NCBI GenBank assembly: GCA_039927695.1
Contig: JBDSUM010000017.1
Span: 1,631 to 65,630 of the forward strand
Length of the DNA stretch: 64,000 bases
DNA from: Minisyncoccota bacterium
Lineage (GTDB): Bacteria; Patescibacteriota; Minisyncoccia; Phycocordibacterales; Phycocordibacteraceae
Direction of reading: 5' to 3'
The notes under the pieces are model-generated. The model ran no database searches and was not told the origin of the DNA. It worked only from the letters and a program-made list of their open reading frames with translations. Both the position numbers and the translations under genes were made by a program. Positions 28,049 through 39,078 of this stretch are shown piece after piece. Within the stretch, counting starts at the first letter, position 1. Each line of letters begins with the position of its first letter.

Positions 28049-29992
28049 CTATGCCTCTATTATATTCTCTGCTCCGTATTCGTCAGCTTCATCGTAGTGT
28101 AGGAGTAGCGGGCTAATATCCTGCAAGAAAGACGATGGTTCTGCCATATAGTCTGTGCCATAGATACGACGAATGCGGGCAAGGGTGAGAAAAAGTTTCT
28201 TTTTTGCGCGCGTAACTGCCACATAGAAGAGTCTTCGCTCCTCTTCCTCGTCGCGATCTTCGTTGCTTGCACCCATTCCTTCGTGTGGGAATAGACCCTC
28301 TTCCATTCCTGTTACAAACACCGTGTCGAACTCAAGACCTTTCGCGGCGTGCACGGTCATGAGCGTTACGCCCGTCTTACCCGCTTCCCTGTCCATCTCA
28401 TCTTGGTCTCCAGCAAGCGCTGCCTCGGCGAGGAACGAACAAATACCATCGAGTCCTGGTGTTCCGTCATGACGACTCGCGAGCGTGCCAAGTTCTTTCG
28501 CATTTTCTAAACGTTCTTGGCCATCCTCCCCTTCCTTGATGAGCGCACTTTCAATACCGCTTCGTTCAATCACGAGTTTCACAAATTCTGACGGTGCAAG
28601 AGTTTCTGCTGCTTCGCGCAAGCCAGTAAGAAGTTTTTCAAATGCATCAACTTTCACACGATCTGCAGCACGAAGCTCATTTTGTTTTCCTGCAACAAGT
28701 TTTCCGAGAGTTACCTTACCAATACCTCGTGGTGGTGATTGCACGGCACGCATACGATCCACTTCCCTGTCAGGCTCGAGTGCAACGCGAATCCATGCGA
28801 GAAGATCTTTAACTTCTTTACGATCAAAGAATCGTGTACCAAGCAAACGATATGGAATTCCCGAATGCAGGAATGCTTCTTCGAGTGCACGGCTTTGAAA
28901 GTTCGTTCGGAACAAGACGGCAATTTCTTCTGGTGGTACTCCTTTGCGCAATAGTCGTCCGGTCTGGGTTGCAATCCAGTGCGCCTCAGTCTCTGCGGTA
29001 TTCGATGGATGGATTGTAATTGGCTCCCCTTCCGGATTATTAGTTACTGCATGCTTTTCCTTACGATTCTGATTCTTTTCAATAATTCCATTAGCGGCAT
29101 CAACGATTGTTTTTGTCGAACGATAGTTGTGTTCGAGAACTACATGCTTAGCGGTTGCATACGTATCTTCAAACTTTAGTAAGTTATCGATTGTAGCTCC
29201 ACGCCACGTATATATTGACTGATCGATGTCCCCCACTACGAATAGATTCTGCCTTTCACCTGCTATGAGGTTCGCTAAACGGCCCTGTAATTCATTGGTA
29301 TCTTGAAACTCATCCACGTGGAGATGGCTGAAGCGTTCCTGTACTTTACGGCGCACGTCTTCGTGATTTTGAAGTAAACGAACGGGAAGAACGATAAGGT
29401 CATCGAAGTCGAGGGACTTCTCACGCTTAAGAGTTTCTTCGTAACGAATCCATGCTTCTGCAACGATACGTGACCGAAAACTTTCACGCCCATGTTTGTC
29501 GCGAAACTCTTGCAGAGTCTGCCCCTCTCCTTTTGCTTTAGAAATACGACCAAGAATCGCGCTAGGCGGTACTTCTTTTGGATCAACGTCGAGGGCTTTG
29601 AGTGCTTCGCGTATCGCGCTCTTTGAATCATCACGATCGTAAATAGTGAAGTAACGAGGAATGTCCATCACTGTTCCATATGTTTGCAAAAGCTCACGAC
29701 CGAGACCATGGAAAGTTGCAACGAATGGAAGTGGTGAATCAGGAAGTTTTACATGTAAACGTTCACGCATTTCCCGCGCAGCTTTGTTGGTAAATGTTAC
29801 GGCAAGAATCTTGTGAGCAGGTACCCCCTTTCGGATGAGATGGTAAATACGAGTCGTGAGTACAGATGTTTTACCTGAACCAGCGCCTGCAAGAACTGAT
29901 ACAGGGCCATCGATAGCGAGCACTGCCTCTTTCTGAGCCGGGTTTAAATGTGCAATGTATTCAGGCTCAGCAGAAGGATCAAATGCGTTCAT
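28049..29992 (-). CDS. pcrA: UvrD/PcrA DNA helicase
   Basis: AGAGSGKT, VDEFQDTN, NYRST, MTVHAAKGLEF, EEERRLFYVAVTRAK. Confidence 0.95.
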   Translation of the reverse strand: MNAFDPSAEPEYIAHLNPAQKEAVLAIDGPVSVLAGAGSGKTSVLTTRIYHLIRKGVPAHKILAVTFTNKAAREMRERLHVKLPDSPLPFVATFHGLGRELLQTYGTVMDIPRYFTIYDRDDSKSAIREALKALDVDPKEVPPSAILGRISKAKGEGQTLQEFRDKHGRESFRSRIVAEAWIRYEETLKREKSLDFDDLIVLPVRLLQNHEDVRRKVQERFSHLHVDEFQDTNELQGRLANLIAGERQNLFVVGDIDQSIYTWRGATIDNLLKFEDTYATAKHVVLEHNYRSTKTIVDAANGIIEKNQNRKEKHAVTNNPEGEPITIHPSNTAETEAHWIATQTGRLLRKGVPPEEIAVLFRTNFQSRALEEAFLHSGIPYRLLGTRFFDRKEVKDLLAWIRVALEPDREVDRMRAVQSPPRGIGKVTLGKLVAGKQNELRAADRVKVDAFEKLLTGLREAAETLAPSEFVKLVIERSGIESALIKEGEDGQERLENAKELGTLASRHDGTPGLDGICSFLAEAALAGDQDEMDREAGKTGVTLMTVHAAKGLEFDTVFVTGMEEGLFPHEGMGASNEDRDEEEERRLFYVAVTRAKKKLFLTLARIRRIYGTDYMAEPSSFLQDISPLLLHYDEADEYGAENIIEA

Positions 29993-30047
29993 TACCTCAC
30001 TATAACAAATTGGCCAGAGGTATAAAAAACGCCTTGAAGCAGGTGCT

Positions 30048-30488
30048 TCAAGGCGAGGGAAACGTACTCATTGCGAGAATCTTTTCCTTTGTCGGGTCTT
30101 GGCAACTTTCCCAGCAAAGAAGGATAAAGAGACTGAGGATGAGCAAGCTCATGCATAGAACGTCGGTATGTACGGATAGGGGCTGAGTAACCTCGAGTAT
30201 CGTATACATTCCGACTGCAAAGAACAGAAATCCTATAAAAATGGTCGACCACCGCTCACCGTTTTGAGCATGGCCTCCGACCATCATTACGATACTTCCG
30301 GAAAACATGAGACTCCAGGCTGAGAACTTAAAAACTCCCCCGTCGTTTATGCCAAATTTTGGCAATACAATCACGATGAGGACTTGTGCGACCAGTATGC
30401 CAATGGCGCTAACCAAGGCCCACATGTTGTGAATACGCATCGGAACTCTCCCTCTACTTCTATAATTGATATTTGGCCCTACAGCCAC
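30048..30488 (-). CDS. Hypothetical membrane protein (about 4 TM)
   Basis: Hydrophobic 146-aa ORF; likely start at MRIHN after a GAGGGAG SD. Confidence 0.55.
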   Translation of the reverse strand: MAVGPNINYRSRGRVPMRIHNMWALVSAIGILVAQVLIVIVLPKFGINDGGVFKFSAWSLMFSGSIVMMVGGHAQNGERWSTIFIGFLFFAVGMYTILEVTQPLSVHTDVLCMSLLILSLFILLCWESCQDPTKEKILAMSTFPSP

Positions 30489-30694
30489 GCGCTAATATCA
30501 TCATAATATTGACATATAGTCAATGAATTTCCTTCATACGTTCTCCACAATACAAGTGTCTGTCAAGAGTTGACCCGCTCGTTTGCCGGGCTATACTTGC
30601 TAGGTTGATTGATACTCTGTAACTCAAGAGATGGCTTAGGTAAGCCATTTTTGTATTCTGAAGATTTGCTGAAGTTCCCCCTGTCCGTCTTATT

Positions 30695-31882
30695 TTGAAC
30701 ACAAAAAATCCTTCTCACGATATGCCTAAAGGCACTCGTCGGAACGTATACGCAGCATTAGGTGCAGCCGGCATATCGGCGACCCTTTTAGGCACTGTTT
30801 TGCTCCTTACACCAGCCCGAGTGGGAGCCTTCTGGCCATTTTCAACCGCTAAGGCAGCGGATGGCGGCACCCCTATTTTGCACGACCCATCGCTCAATAT
30901 TCTTGCGGCGGCTCTTAATACAGACCCGAACCCTTCAAAGGGTGATTCGTTACTGCCTCTCTCAGAAGGTTCGGCCCTTATGGCTAACTCTGGTCCTGAT
31001 GGCGCACTTCCTGATGTTTCTGCGAGTAATAGTGATACATCGACTGATTCTGGATCAAGTGGAAGTATTTCCGTATATACCGTGAAGAATGGTGATTCTA
31101 TCTCAGGAATTGCCTCGCATTTTGGTATTTCCGTTAACACCATTCTTTGGGCTAACGACCTTACAATAAAGAGCACTATAAAGCCGGGCATGACGCTCGT
31201 CATCCTCCCCGTGTCAGGCACCCAACACACGGTGACGAGTGGTGAAACCTTGTCTTCTATAGCTATCAAATTTAAGGCATCGGCGCAGGAAATTGCTACC
31301 TTCAACGGTCTAGATGCGGGCGCTACGGTAGTTGTTGGTTCCACTCTTGTTATTCCTGGCGGCGAAGTTACGGCAAGTGCCGCTACCCCTACTACCGTTC
31401 ATAAGCTAGCTACCACAGCGACTAAGACGAGCTCAACTGCGGTCGTAGCGAAAACCACGTCTGTAAAAATCAAAGCAGATATTAGTGCGCCATCAGCTAG
31501 TAGCGGTTATTACGCGAATCCAGTACCAGGTGCAATTCTTTACCAAGGGATTCACGGTAACAACGGTGTCGATCTAAGTGCCCCAAGTGGTACTCCTATT
31601 CATGCAGCGGCAGGTGGAACGGTCATTCTTTCAAAGGGAGATGGTGGATGGAATGGTGGGTACGGATCATACGTCGTAATTAGTCATGCAAATGGAACGC
31701 AGACTCTTTACTCTCATATGAGCAAAGATATTATTTCTGTAGGCGACGTTGTTTCTCAAGGACAGCTGCTCGGATACGTAGGCGAGACCGGCGAGGCTAC
31801 CGGTAACCATCTTCACTTCGAGGTACGTGGTGCTAAGAATCCTTTTGGATACTCATGTACTCTCATGAGTAAGTGCTACTAA
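30695..31882 (+). CDS. LysM + M23 family peptidase
   Basis: Two LysM repeats (YTVKNGDSISGIA; HTVTSGETLSSIA); HGNNGVD and HLHFEV zinc motifs. Confidence 0.92.
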   Translation: MNTKNPSHDMPKGTRRNVYAALGAAGISATLLGTVLLLTPARVGAFWPFSTAKAADGGTPILHDPSLNILAAALNTDPNPSKGDSLLPLSEGSALMANSGPDGALPDVSASNSDTSTDSGSSGSISVYTVKNGDSISGIASHFGISVNTILWANDLTIKSTIKPGMTLVILPVSGTQHTVTSGETLSSIAIKFKASAQEIATFNGLDAGATVVVGSTLVIPGGEVTASAATPTTVHKLATTATKTSSTAVVAKTTSVKIKADISAPSASSGYYANPVPGAILYQGIHGNNGVDLSAPSGTPIHAAAGGTVILSKGDGGWNGGYGSYVVISHANGTQTLYSHMSKDIISVGDVVSQGQLLGYVGETGEATGNHLHFEVRGAKNPFGYSCTLMSKCY

Positions 31883-31893
31883 GCACCGTAATC

Positions 31894-33471
31894 TCATTCA
31901 AACCCAAACAGTCCGCGTGGTCGGTACTGCAGAGCCTCTAGAACATGTGCGGGTAGCACCTCGTTAGACTCGGCCAAATCCGCAATAGTACGTGCTACGC
32001 GCATGGTTCGGTGATAGCTTCGTGGAGAAAATTGTAATCTTTGCGCAGCTATTAGTAATGTTTTGCTTGCCTCGACAGTAAACGCAGTTGTCTGCTCTAG
32101 CTCTCGAGGACTTAGGCGACCATTTACTGCCCCAGCACAGCCCACACGCAGAGCCATTCGAGTTCGCGCCTTATGTACACGCGTACGAATCACTTCAGAT
32201 TTTTCTATTTGGCTACTACCAGTTTCTTTACTAAGCGCCGCAAGAGTTTCATGCGGAATATGCGTAACCTCAACCCAAAGGTCGAGTCGATCAACGATAG
32301 GTCTTGATATTTTTCTTGATTGTTTAAGTGCTTGTCGTACTGCTACGCCCGTATCTGATGAGAGCGTATCAGCTGGATTCATTGCTGCCACGAGCATGCA
32401 ATCTGCGGGGAACGTTGTGGTTCCTTTTGTACGAGTCACAGTAATAGTTCTGTCTTCAAGCGGTTGTCGCAGTGATTCAAGTGCGCGTGCATCGAATTCA
32501 GCAAACTCATCTAGAAAAAGAATTCCATTATGTGCAAGTGTAACTTCTCCTGCACGAGGGTATGCTCCCCCGCCAACCATAGCAGTGTGTGACACTGTGT
32601 GATGAGGCGCACGAAATGGTGGCCACATGCACACATCATCGCTGGGAAGTATTCCTGCAGTTGAATGAATCGCGATTACTTCAAGCAGCTCATTGCTGCT
32701 AAGTGGGGGTAGTATACTCGGCAGTGCACGAGCAAGCATGGTCTTCCCTGTTCCTGGCGGTCCATACAGTACGATGTTGTGTCTGCCTGCGGCCGCTATC
32801 TCAAGCGCACGCTTCGCGGTTTCCTGTCCCTTTATATCTGCAAAGTCTTGAGTTGGTGGACGAACGTTAGGCAATGCTCGTTTCTTTGCGGGAGGAATCT
32901 TATTCCTCCCGAGCAAGTGGTCAACGATTTCTGTAAGAGTATCTGCCGGGTACACTGTCACATCACCAGCTAGGAATGCTTCGCTGGCATTGTTCGATGC
33001 AACAAAAATTTCTGTCATGCCATGTTCTTTTGCACAGATTACTTGAGACAGTACGCCTCGAACACCTCGAACAGTTCCATCAAGACCAAGCTCCCCGCAA
33101 AACAAGGCAGATTGTTCAGGTAGGTCAATATCGCCTGCCGCTGCTAAGTAGCATATGGCAAGTGGCAAATCATAATGAGAACCTTCCTTTTTAAGATCGG
33201 CGGGAGAAAGCGACAGTATTATTCGGCGATTAGTCGCCTTCGGGGATTTAAAACCGGCATGACGTATAGCTGCAGAAATACGATCACGGGCCTCCTCGAC
33301 AGCTTTATCTGCGAGACCAATAACGGAGAAAGCGTGTAGACCACGAGAGAGGTCAGCCTCAATAGTTACAAGCTCAGCACGCGCACCAATTGGTTGTGCT
33401 GCGACAAGCATTGCGTACCCCGCCACCTTCTTACTTCGCCGTTCTGGCTGTTTGTATGAATTAGTTCCCAT
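31894..33471 (-). CDS. comM: ComM/YifB Mg-chelatase-like AAA+ ATPase
   Basis: [52 protein letters not shown]. Confidence 0.92.
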   Translation of the reverse strand: MGTNSYKQPERRSKKVAGYAMLVAAQPIGARAELVTIEADLSRGLHAFSVIGLADKAVEEARDRISAAIRHAGFKSPKATNRRIILSLSPADLKKEGSHYDLPLAICYLAAAGDIDLPEQSALFCGELGLDGTVRGVRGVLSQVICAKEHGMTEIFVASNNASEAFLAGDVTVYPADTLTEIVDHLLGRNKIPPAKKRALPNVRPPTQDFADIKGQETAKRALEIAAAGRHNIVLYGPPGTGKTMLARALPSILPPLSSNELLEVIAIHSTAGILPSDDVCMWPPFRAPHHTVSHTAMVGGGAYPRAGEVTLAHNGILFLDEFAEFDARALESLRQPLEDRTITVTRTKGTTTFPADCMLVAAMNPADTLSSDTGVAVRQALKQSRKISRPIVDRLDLWVEVTHIPHETLAALSKETGSSQIEKSEVIRTRVHKARTRMALRVGCAGAVNGRLSPRELEQTTAFTVEASKTLLIAAQRLQFSPRSYHRTMRVARTIADLAESNEVLPAHVLEALQYRPRGLFGFE

Positions 33472-33608
33472 TCTAGTATCTTGTCGGGTACATGAACTAC
33501 ACGAGATACCTTTCTGTGGGGACAGCGTTGATTAGACTTTAGAAAAAATACATCTCCCGGCATTAGTGCCGGGAGATGTATTTTCAAGCAATTATCTTCA
33601 GATTTATT

Positions 33609-34271
33609 TTAGGACATTGCAATCTTTAATGGAACCTCAGTCTTACCTGAAAGAGTTCGATACGCGTGTACTATCGCAAGACTTGAAACGGGTAGCGAAA
33701 CAAGAAGCCCAACAAGAAGAGCTAAAATTCCTAGGATATTAATTCCAATGAGAGCAAGCCCGAGGACGAAAAGCTGCATACGATTACCTTTTGTAAGCTG
33801 CGCACTCTTCCTCATCGCATCAATAGGGTTTAGATTCTCCTCAATTATTATGTAGAGTGAGAAACCAAAGATTACGCCAGCAATAATTCCTGGAATAATT
33901 AGAATCAATCCTACAACTACCACAAGTCCTACTAGAAGTGAGGTCGCAACAAACTTCAGGTATGGATATGGATGCCACAATGCCTGCGCAGAGGTGTCTT
34001 TAATAGAATCGTGAGCGCCTAGATAGAAAGCTGTCTTACCCATACTTACGAGGAATGAGAGACCCATGCCTACAACTGAAGCAAAAACAACTGCGATATC
34101 GGAATTTGATCCAAGCAAATAAGTCCCTGCAGTCAGGTAGCCTGATTGAACTAAACTAATAGCTATATTCGCGAGTATGACAATTGCAGTCACTTGTACA
34201 AACAGCCACGGCTTCGAGGTAAAAGAATTCCAGCCAAATGATAGACAATTCTTAACAGAAAGTCGTTCCAT
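33609..34271 (-). CDS. Integral membrane protein (DUF975-like)
   Basis: Multi-TM; LILIIPGII, DAMRKSAQLTKG. Confidence 0.75.
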   Translation of the reverse strand: MERLSVKNCLSFGWNSFTSKPWLFVQVTAIVILANIAISLVQSGYLTAGTYLLGSNSDIAVVFASVVGMGLSFLVSMGKTAFYLGAHDSIKDTSAQALWHPYPYLKFVATSLLVGLVVVVGLILIIPGIIAGVIFGFSLYIIIEENLNPIDAMRKSAQLTKGNRMQLFVLGLALIGINILGILALLVGLLVSLPVSSLAIVHAYRTLSGKTEVPLKIAMS

Positions 34272-34273
34272 AC

Positions 34274-34630
34274 TTATCCGTTCATGTGCGCTTTGCATGT
34301 TGCCGCAGCAGGATCTGCAGACAGTCTATCTTCTTCAATTTCTTCTCCGCTAACCTCACATACGCCGTACGTCCCATTTTCAATACGTTCAAGAGCAGTA
34401 AGTACGATATTGTAACGAATTTCAAGATCGTTTAAAATCGCACTGTTTTCGCTAAGGTGTTCCATTAAATCGGCGCGATCATTCGGATCTGATTCCTGTC
34501 CTATTTCCTGGGGTACTGGCTCCCAGTCAGCGGGATTCGAAGGATTCCGTCGTCCCACGCTTTCCAATTCCGTTTCCAATAGCTTCTTCTCATCCTCAAG
34601 TTTTGCTTTGTATGTGCTGGTGTCTTTCAT
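34274..34630 (-). CDS. TraR/DksA family protein
   Basis: ALERIENGTYGVCEVSGEEIEEDRL..P.A.TC; acidic coiled-coil tip DPNDRAD. Confidence 0.88.
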   Translation of the reverse strand: MKDTSTYKAKLEDEKKLLETELESVGRRNPSNPADWEPVPQEIGQESDPNDRADLMEHLSENSAILNDLEIRYNIVLTALERIENGTYGVCEVSGEEIEEDRLSADPAAATCKAHMNG

Positions 34631-34680
34631 ATAAAAATACTAGCACGGGCTAGCAGGCCAGACTACGTGATACTGCTCTA

Positions 34681-36198
34681 CTATGGGGTTACGGTAGCGG
34701 TAAGTCGTGCAATAATTGCTGTAAATGCTGCCTCATCGCGAGCAATTATAAGCGTATCTTTCCCTTGGTAGCCATATAGGATCAAACTTCTTCCCTTTGA
34801 ATCTCGAAGAATGCGTACGTCATGGTTTGCGACAACGGCATCGGTAAAGAACGGTGACGCAATAGCTACGTTAGTTGTGGTTGACGTACTTAAAGTCGTG
34901 GTCGCGACAACGGCAGTACTTACATCTGTGTATGTTGGAAAGAATGGTAATAACGAAGCAGTCATCGTTGGTTCCCATGCCAGCATTCCTGCAAATGTGC
35001 GTTCATATGAATTTACACGTAACACAAGGAAGGGTCGTGATTCATTTCCTGCATGAATGGTACCAACAGTGCTCGAATCATCAATATTTCGTATAAGTAT
35101 GTCTGGAGCGTCGAGAGGCAGCTGCCTGATTATCGCACCTCCTGGTTGTGGAATACCGCTGCCGGCAACTGAAGGGGTTGTTATGTACGTCACGATCACA
35201 TTACCCGACACTGATGTCTGTCCGGCTATATCAGCTATATTTTTCATGAGAGCTATTCCCGTTCCCTTCACTTCCACACTTTCATCAAAAGTAATCAAAG
35301 AAGGGACACCTGCAACGACAGGCACTGTTGGTGTTTTTTTAGTATAGAGATACGCAGCGGCCACAATACCTATCCCTAACACAAGGAGAAGAGCGCCTGC
35401 CAGAACAGGGACTAAGCGGCTACGTGGATTGCTTCTCTTTATTACTGATGGACCCGCATCGCTTTGGGAAGCGAGTACTGAGAATGTCGATGCCTTTTGA
35501 GAATCAATGCGATCAGAAAAATCAGAAGTGAACGTGTGTATTGGCGATGCGCTTACTTCCTGCGGTCTTGGCGCGGGTGGTACTGGTGCAACTGGTTCAC
35601 GTACTGGCAACGGCACAACACGTGGTTCTGCTGGCGGCATAAACTGTGGAGGCTTTGGAGTTTCAGCAATGATTGGTTGCGGTACCGGCACTATTGGTTC
35701 TTCAGGAAGAGGCACAACAATAGGTTGTGCAGGCTCAATTACATTTGCTGGACTGTGACTCGCGAGCTTTGCGCGTAGTCGCGCAAGAATAGCCTCTCGT
35801 TCTTGAGCCGTTTCTTCCGGAACAACGTTTGGAGTAACTCCAATACTTGCCTGTGGCATAACGGACATTGGAGATGGTGCGGGAGCTTGTGCTGAGACTT
35901 GCCCACTAAAGATACCGTCGGAATCATCTTTAGAGAGAGCAACAACTTCAGACTTAAATTCTTTTGGTGATGATGGGTTATCTCCATGATTAACGGGAGA
36001 AGCATCGTACTCGGGCACGGTCACATTGTCATCAGTGGTCTCAGGTTTAGCTGGTGCAGCAGTTGGAGTAGGTGCAGGAGAATTCGTGAGCGCAGCTACG
36101 TCTTTTGCGTAGGTACGAATATATTGTGACGGATCGCTTGGTTGCGTAAACGTCGCGTCAGTCTTTGGAACTATGGTCTTCACGTCATCGGGATTCAT
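34681..36198 (-). CDS. Pro-rich single-pass membrane protein
   Basis: IRTYAKD/IHTFTSD motifs, central TM helix, C-terminal FAGMLAWE domain. Confidence 0.7.
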   Translation of the reverse strand: MNPDDVKTIVPKTDATFTQPSDPSQYIRTYAKDVAALTNSPAPTPTAAPAKPETTDDNVTVPEYDASPVNHGDNPSSPKEFKSEVVALSKDDSDGIFSGQVSAQAPAPSPMSVMPQASIGVTPNVVPEETAQEREAILARLRAKLASHSPANVIEPAQPIVVPLPEEPIVPVPQPIIAETPKPPQFMPPAEPRVVPLPVREPVAPVPPAPRPQEVSASPIHTFTSDFSDRIDSQKASTFSVLASQSDAGPSVIKRSNPRSRLVPVLAGALLLVLGIGIVAAAYLYTKKTPTVPVVAGVPSLITFDESVEVKGTGIALMKNIADIAGQTSVSGNVIVTYITTPSVAGSGIPQPGGAIIRQLPLDAPDILIRNIDDSSTVGTIHAGNESRPFLVLRVNSYERTFAGMLAWEPTMTASLLPFFPTYTDVSTAVVATTTLSTSTTTNVAIASPFFTDAVVANHDVRILRDSKGRSLILYGYQGKDTLIIARDEAAFTAIIARLTATVTP

Positions 36199-36267
36199 TC
36201 CCTTATATTCTACATGCCAGGTGAGGTTAGACCTCACCTGGCATGTGTACTTTGATTATGCGTTTTA

Positions 36268-36780
36268 CTAACCGCGACCTATGAGGAATTTCTTGGGGTC
36301 ATCACACATGTCGGTAAAGGCATGTGCTGCTTCTTTTAGTTTTGATGAAGAAGACTTACCAAATGAGATTACTTCAACTTGGCAGCCCATATGCATGTCT
36401 AAATACTCAATGAGAGGAACAAAGTCACCGTCACCAGTAGCTAGTACGATGGTATCGAGCTTTGGACCAAGCTTCACTGCGTCGATAGCGAGACCTACGT
36501 CCCAATCGGCTTTCTTTGCGCCGTCAGAAAAGATTTGCAACCCCTTAACCTTCGTTTCGATACCTATTTTGGTAAGAGCGTCGAAGAACGCTGTCTCATC
36601 GCCACTTTCTGTTGAGATAACATATGCAATAGCGCGCACGAGCGTGCGATCCCCCACTGCTTCTTTGAGCACGTTTGCGAAGTTCACACGGGTCTTATAA
36701 AGATGTTTCGCACTATGGTACAGGTTCTGCGTATCGATGAAGACACCGACGCGTTGAGCTGGATGTTTAATAACTGCCAT
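36268..36780 (-). CDS. NYN domain (LabA/DUF88) protein
   Basis: VFIDTQNLY, KADWDVGLAIDA, GDGDFVPL. Confidence 0.92.
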   Translation of the reverse strand: MAVIKHPAQRVGVFIDTQNLYHSAKHLYKTRVNFANVLKEAVGDRTLVRAIAYVISTESGDETAFFDALTKIGIETKVKGLQIFSDGAKKADWDVGLAIDAVKLGPKLDTIVLATGDGDFVPLIEYLDMHMGCQVEVISFGKSSSSKLKEAAHAFTDMCDDPKKFLIGRG

Positions 36781-36941
36781 ATTAAATAAATATTAGAGTT
36801 GGCGCGAGGCTACTATGCCAGCTGCCGTTTTTTACTAAAAATACGTAGCCAAATAAGCTACTCGAACATTCTATCACCTACAAATCGTACAATAGCTACT
36901 ATAAAGAACAAACCGGCGGTGAGGCCGGTTATTCTTTAGAA

Positions 36942-37208
36942 TTACTTCTTGAGACCCAACTTCTTCACAATCGCACTGTACTGACGCTTGTTGTTCTTTT
37001 CGAGGTAGCGCAAGTGAGTACGACGATCAGCAACCATCTGAAGAAGACCACGACGTGAGTGAAAATCCTTCTGATTCTTCTTAAGGTGGCTTGTGAGTTC
37101 TTCAATTTTACGGCTGAGGATACCAACCTGAACAGACGCTGAGCCTGTGTCAGTGTCGTGCATCGCCGCGTTCTTTATAACGGCTGTCTTTACGCGTTTT
37201 GTAAGCAT
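36942..37208 (-). CDS. rpsO: 30S ribosomal protein S15
   Basis: DTGSASVQV, HLKKNQKDFHSRRGLL; start at MLTK inferred from promoter spacing. Confidence 0.97.
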   Translation of the reverse strand: MLTKRVKTAVIKNAAMHDTDTGSASVQVGILSRKIEELTSHLKKNQKDFHSRRGLLQMVADRRTHLRYLEKNNKRQYSAIVKKLGLKK

Positions 37209-37312
37209 TGAGGCCATGGTACCACACCTTGATTAATCGCGCAAGTGTCTCCTAGTACTCTACTCCCTGGTCACAAATATTGTACGAACCAGCGCGATGC
37301 TACAATTTAGGT

Positions 37313-38221
37313 ATGAATGCAGAGCAGATCAAGCGCCAATTTCTTGAATATACAGAAATTGAGAGAGGTCGAGCGGTAAAAACGATCCAAAACTACGATC
37401 ATTACCTCACGCGTTTCTTTATGCAGATGAAAATTGTCACTATTAACGACATTACTGAAGATAAAGTGCGTGAATTTAGGCTTTGGCTCAATAGACAGCC
37501 CGGAACTAACAATGATTCGATGAAACGTCGAACTCAAAACTATTATTTGATTGCATTACGTGCGTTCCTTAAGTACTTACGTAAACAAGGAATAGATGGA
37601 ATGTCACCGGAGCGTATTGAACTCGCCAAAGTTCCCGAGCGTCACCTTGATCTCATCTCCCCTATTGAATTGGATCGACTCTTAGCGTCAGCTGATGGTA
37701 CTGACGAGCGAGGATTGCGCGACAAAGCTATACTCGAACTCCTTTTCTCTACTGGGCTACGTGTTTCTGAACTTTGTTCGCTTGATAATGATCTAGATTT
37801 AACGCGAGACAGCTTCCCTATTCGCGGTAAGGGCGAGAAAGTACGTGTTGTTTTTCTTTCTGATGAAGCGAAAGCAGCAGTGAGAGCTTATTTAAAAGCT
37901 CGAAAGGATATGCACGAAGCATTGTTTGTGAATGTTCCGCGAAGTCGCAATGTAAAAGCAACACCTGGTCGCCTAACTCCCCGCTCTATTGAGTTGATGA
38001 TTAAAATATATGCGGCTAAAGCGGGCATCACTAAAAAAGTGACCCCACACGTTATGAGGCACTCATTTGCAACAGACTTGTTAAATAATGGTGCAGATAT
38101 TCGCTCTGTGCAGCAATTGCTTGGACACGCATCAATTACTACCACGCAGATTTACACTCACGTTACCGACGCTCACTTGGCGAATGTGCATAAACAGTTT
38201 CACGGGCGTCGACGAAACTAG
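37313..38221 (+). CDS. xerC: XerC/XerD-type tyrosine recombinase
   Basis: RDKAILELLFSTGLRVSEL, GKGEK.R, TPHVMRHSFAT, VQQLLGH, TTQIYTHV; C versus D assignment uncertain. Confidence 0.9.
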   Translation: MNAEQIKRQFLEYTEIERGRAVKTIQNYDHYLTRFFMQMKIVTINDITEDKVREFRLWLNRQPGTNNDSMKRRTQNYYLIALRAFLKYLRKQGIDGMSPERIELAKVPERHLDLISPIELDRLLASADGTDERGLRDKAILELLFSTGLRVSELCSLDNDLDLTRDSFPIRGKGEKVRVVFLSDEAKAAVRAYLKARKDMHEALFVNVPRSRNVKATPGRLTPRSIELMIKIYAAKAGITKKVTPHVMRHSFATDLLNNGADIRSVQQLLGHASITTTQIYTHVTDAHLANVHKQFHGRRRN

Positions 38222-38311
38222 TTTTGACAACGAGCATCCATCCCTATACCTTCAAGGCAGGTGCCCTTTTCTGGGAGAATTACAGTGATACGAGGAAGAA
38301 AGACGAAAGGT

Positions 38312-38776
38312 ATGGTTGTGAGAGGGTCACATCCGTACTCAGAAGATAAAAAATTACTCATTTCGCTATGGGTCGCAATTGCGGACATTGAAACCATCGA
38401 AGATTCGTTGCGCGTGGCCAGACCGTTATTAGACCCCGAGGGTATGGACGTGTTGGTTCTCGCGGTCGCCTATCTGTCCGAAAAGAAGACGAATGATGAC
38501 GGGAAGCGCGACGGTAAGAAAATCTACGAGCATAGACAACATGGGCTTGGCGAGCGTCTCACCCCACAACACAAAATCAAAGCAGCTATCATTATTGCGC
38601 TGAAAGAAGTCGTTGCTCGTTCAGTGATAGGAAATCAAAATAACAAAGATCTTCGCCACGAGCTCAAGAGTAAAAGATTCCATGCACATGCAGTCGTGCT
38701 AGATTTGCTCAGTCTCATGGATGAACGTCTCCGTTGGGGAGATGATCCCCCTAAACTACCGACTTACCTACGGTAG
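38312..38776 (+). CDS. Hypothetical protein
   Basis: TTGACA promoter at 38224; purine-rich SD before ATG 38312. Confidence 0.55.
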   Translation: MVVRGSHPYSEDKKLLISLWVAIADIETIEDSLRVARPLLDPEGMDVLVLAVAYLSEKKTNDDGKRDGKKIYEHRQHGLGERLTPQHKIKAAIIIALKEVVARSVIGNQNNKDLRHELKSKRFHAHAVVLDLLSLMDERLRWGDDPPKLPTYLR

Positions 38777-38877
38777 TTTTTTTATTGCATTTTTCTAACA
38801 ATATTGGGTAATCCACAGGGTGCCCCAAAACTCCTAGAATTAAAGCTACCATTAGGTATACCCATAAAAGGAACGTC

Positions 38878-39009
38878 ATGGATTACACCCAAGAAGGTGA
38901 AGAAATTCCTGAGCCACCAAAGGAAAGTTCTGGTTCTGGGAAATTGCTTTTCGCAGCTGCTGCAATAGTCGTTCTCCTTGGAATATTGTTCGTTGCTATC
39001 AAGTGGTAA
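38878..39009 (+). CDS. Small single-TM protein (43 aa), not in the ORF track
   Basis: MDYTQEGEEIPEPPKESSGSGKLLFAAAAIVVLLGILFVAIKW; AAGGAA upstream. Confidence 0.5.
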   Translation: MDYTQEGEEIPEPPKESSGSGKLLFAAAAIVVLLGILFVAIKW

Positions 39010-39078
39010 TTATCGATAGTAAAAGTTAAGTCTCCGCGAGATATCATCAAAACCAGCAAATCGTTATAGAATAGTTCC

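Noticed and set aside
36212-36246. Perfect inverted repeats (also near 33546, 40277, 48268, 55795) as MITE or REP elements
   Set aside because: They share no sequence with each other and lie at gene ends, consistent with ordinary terminators
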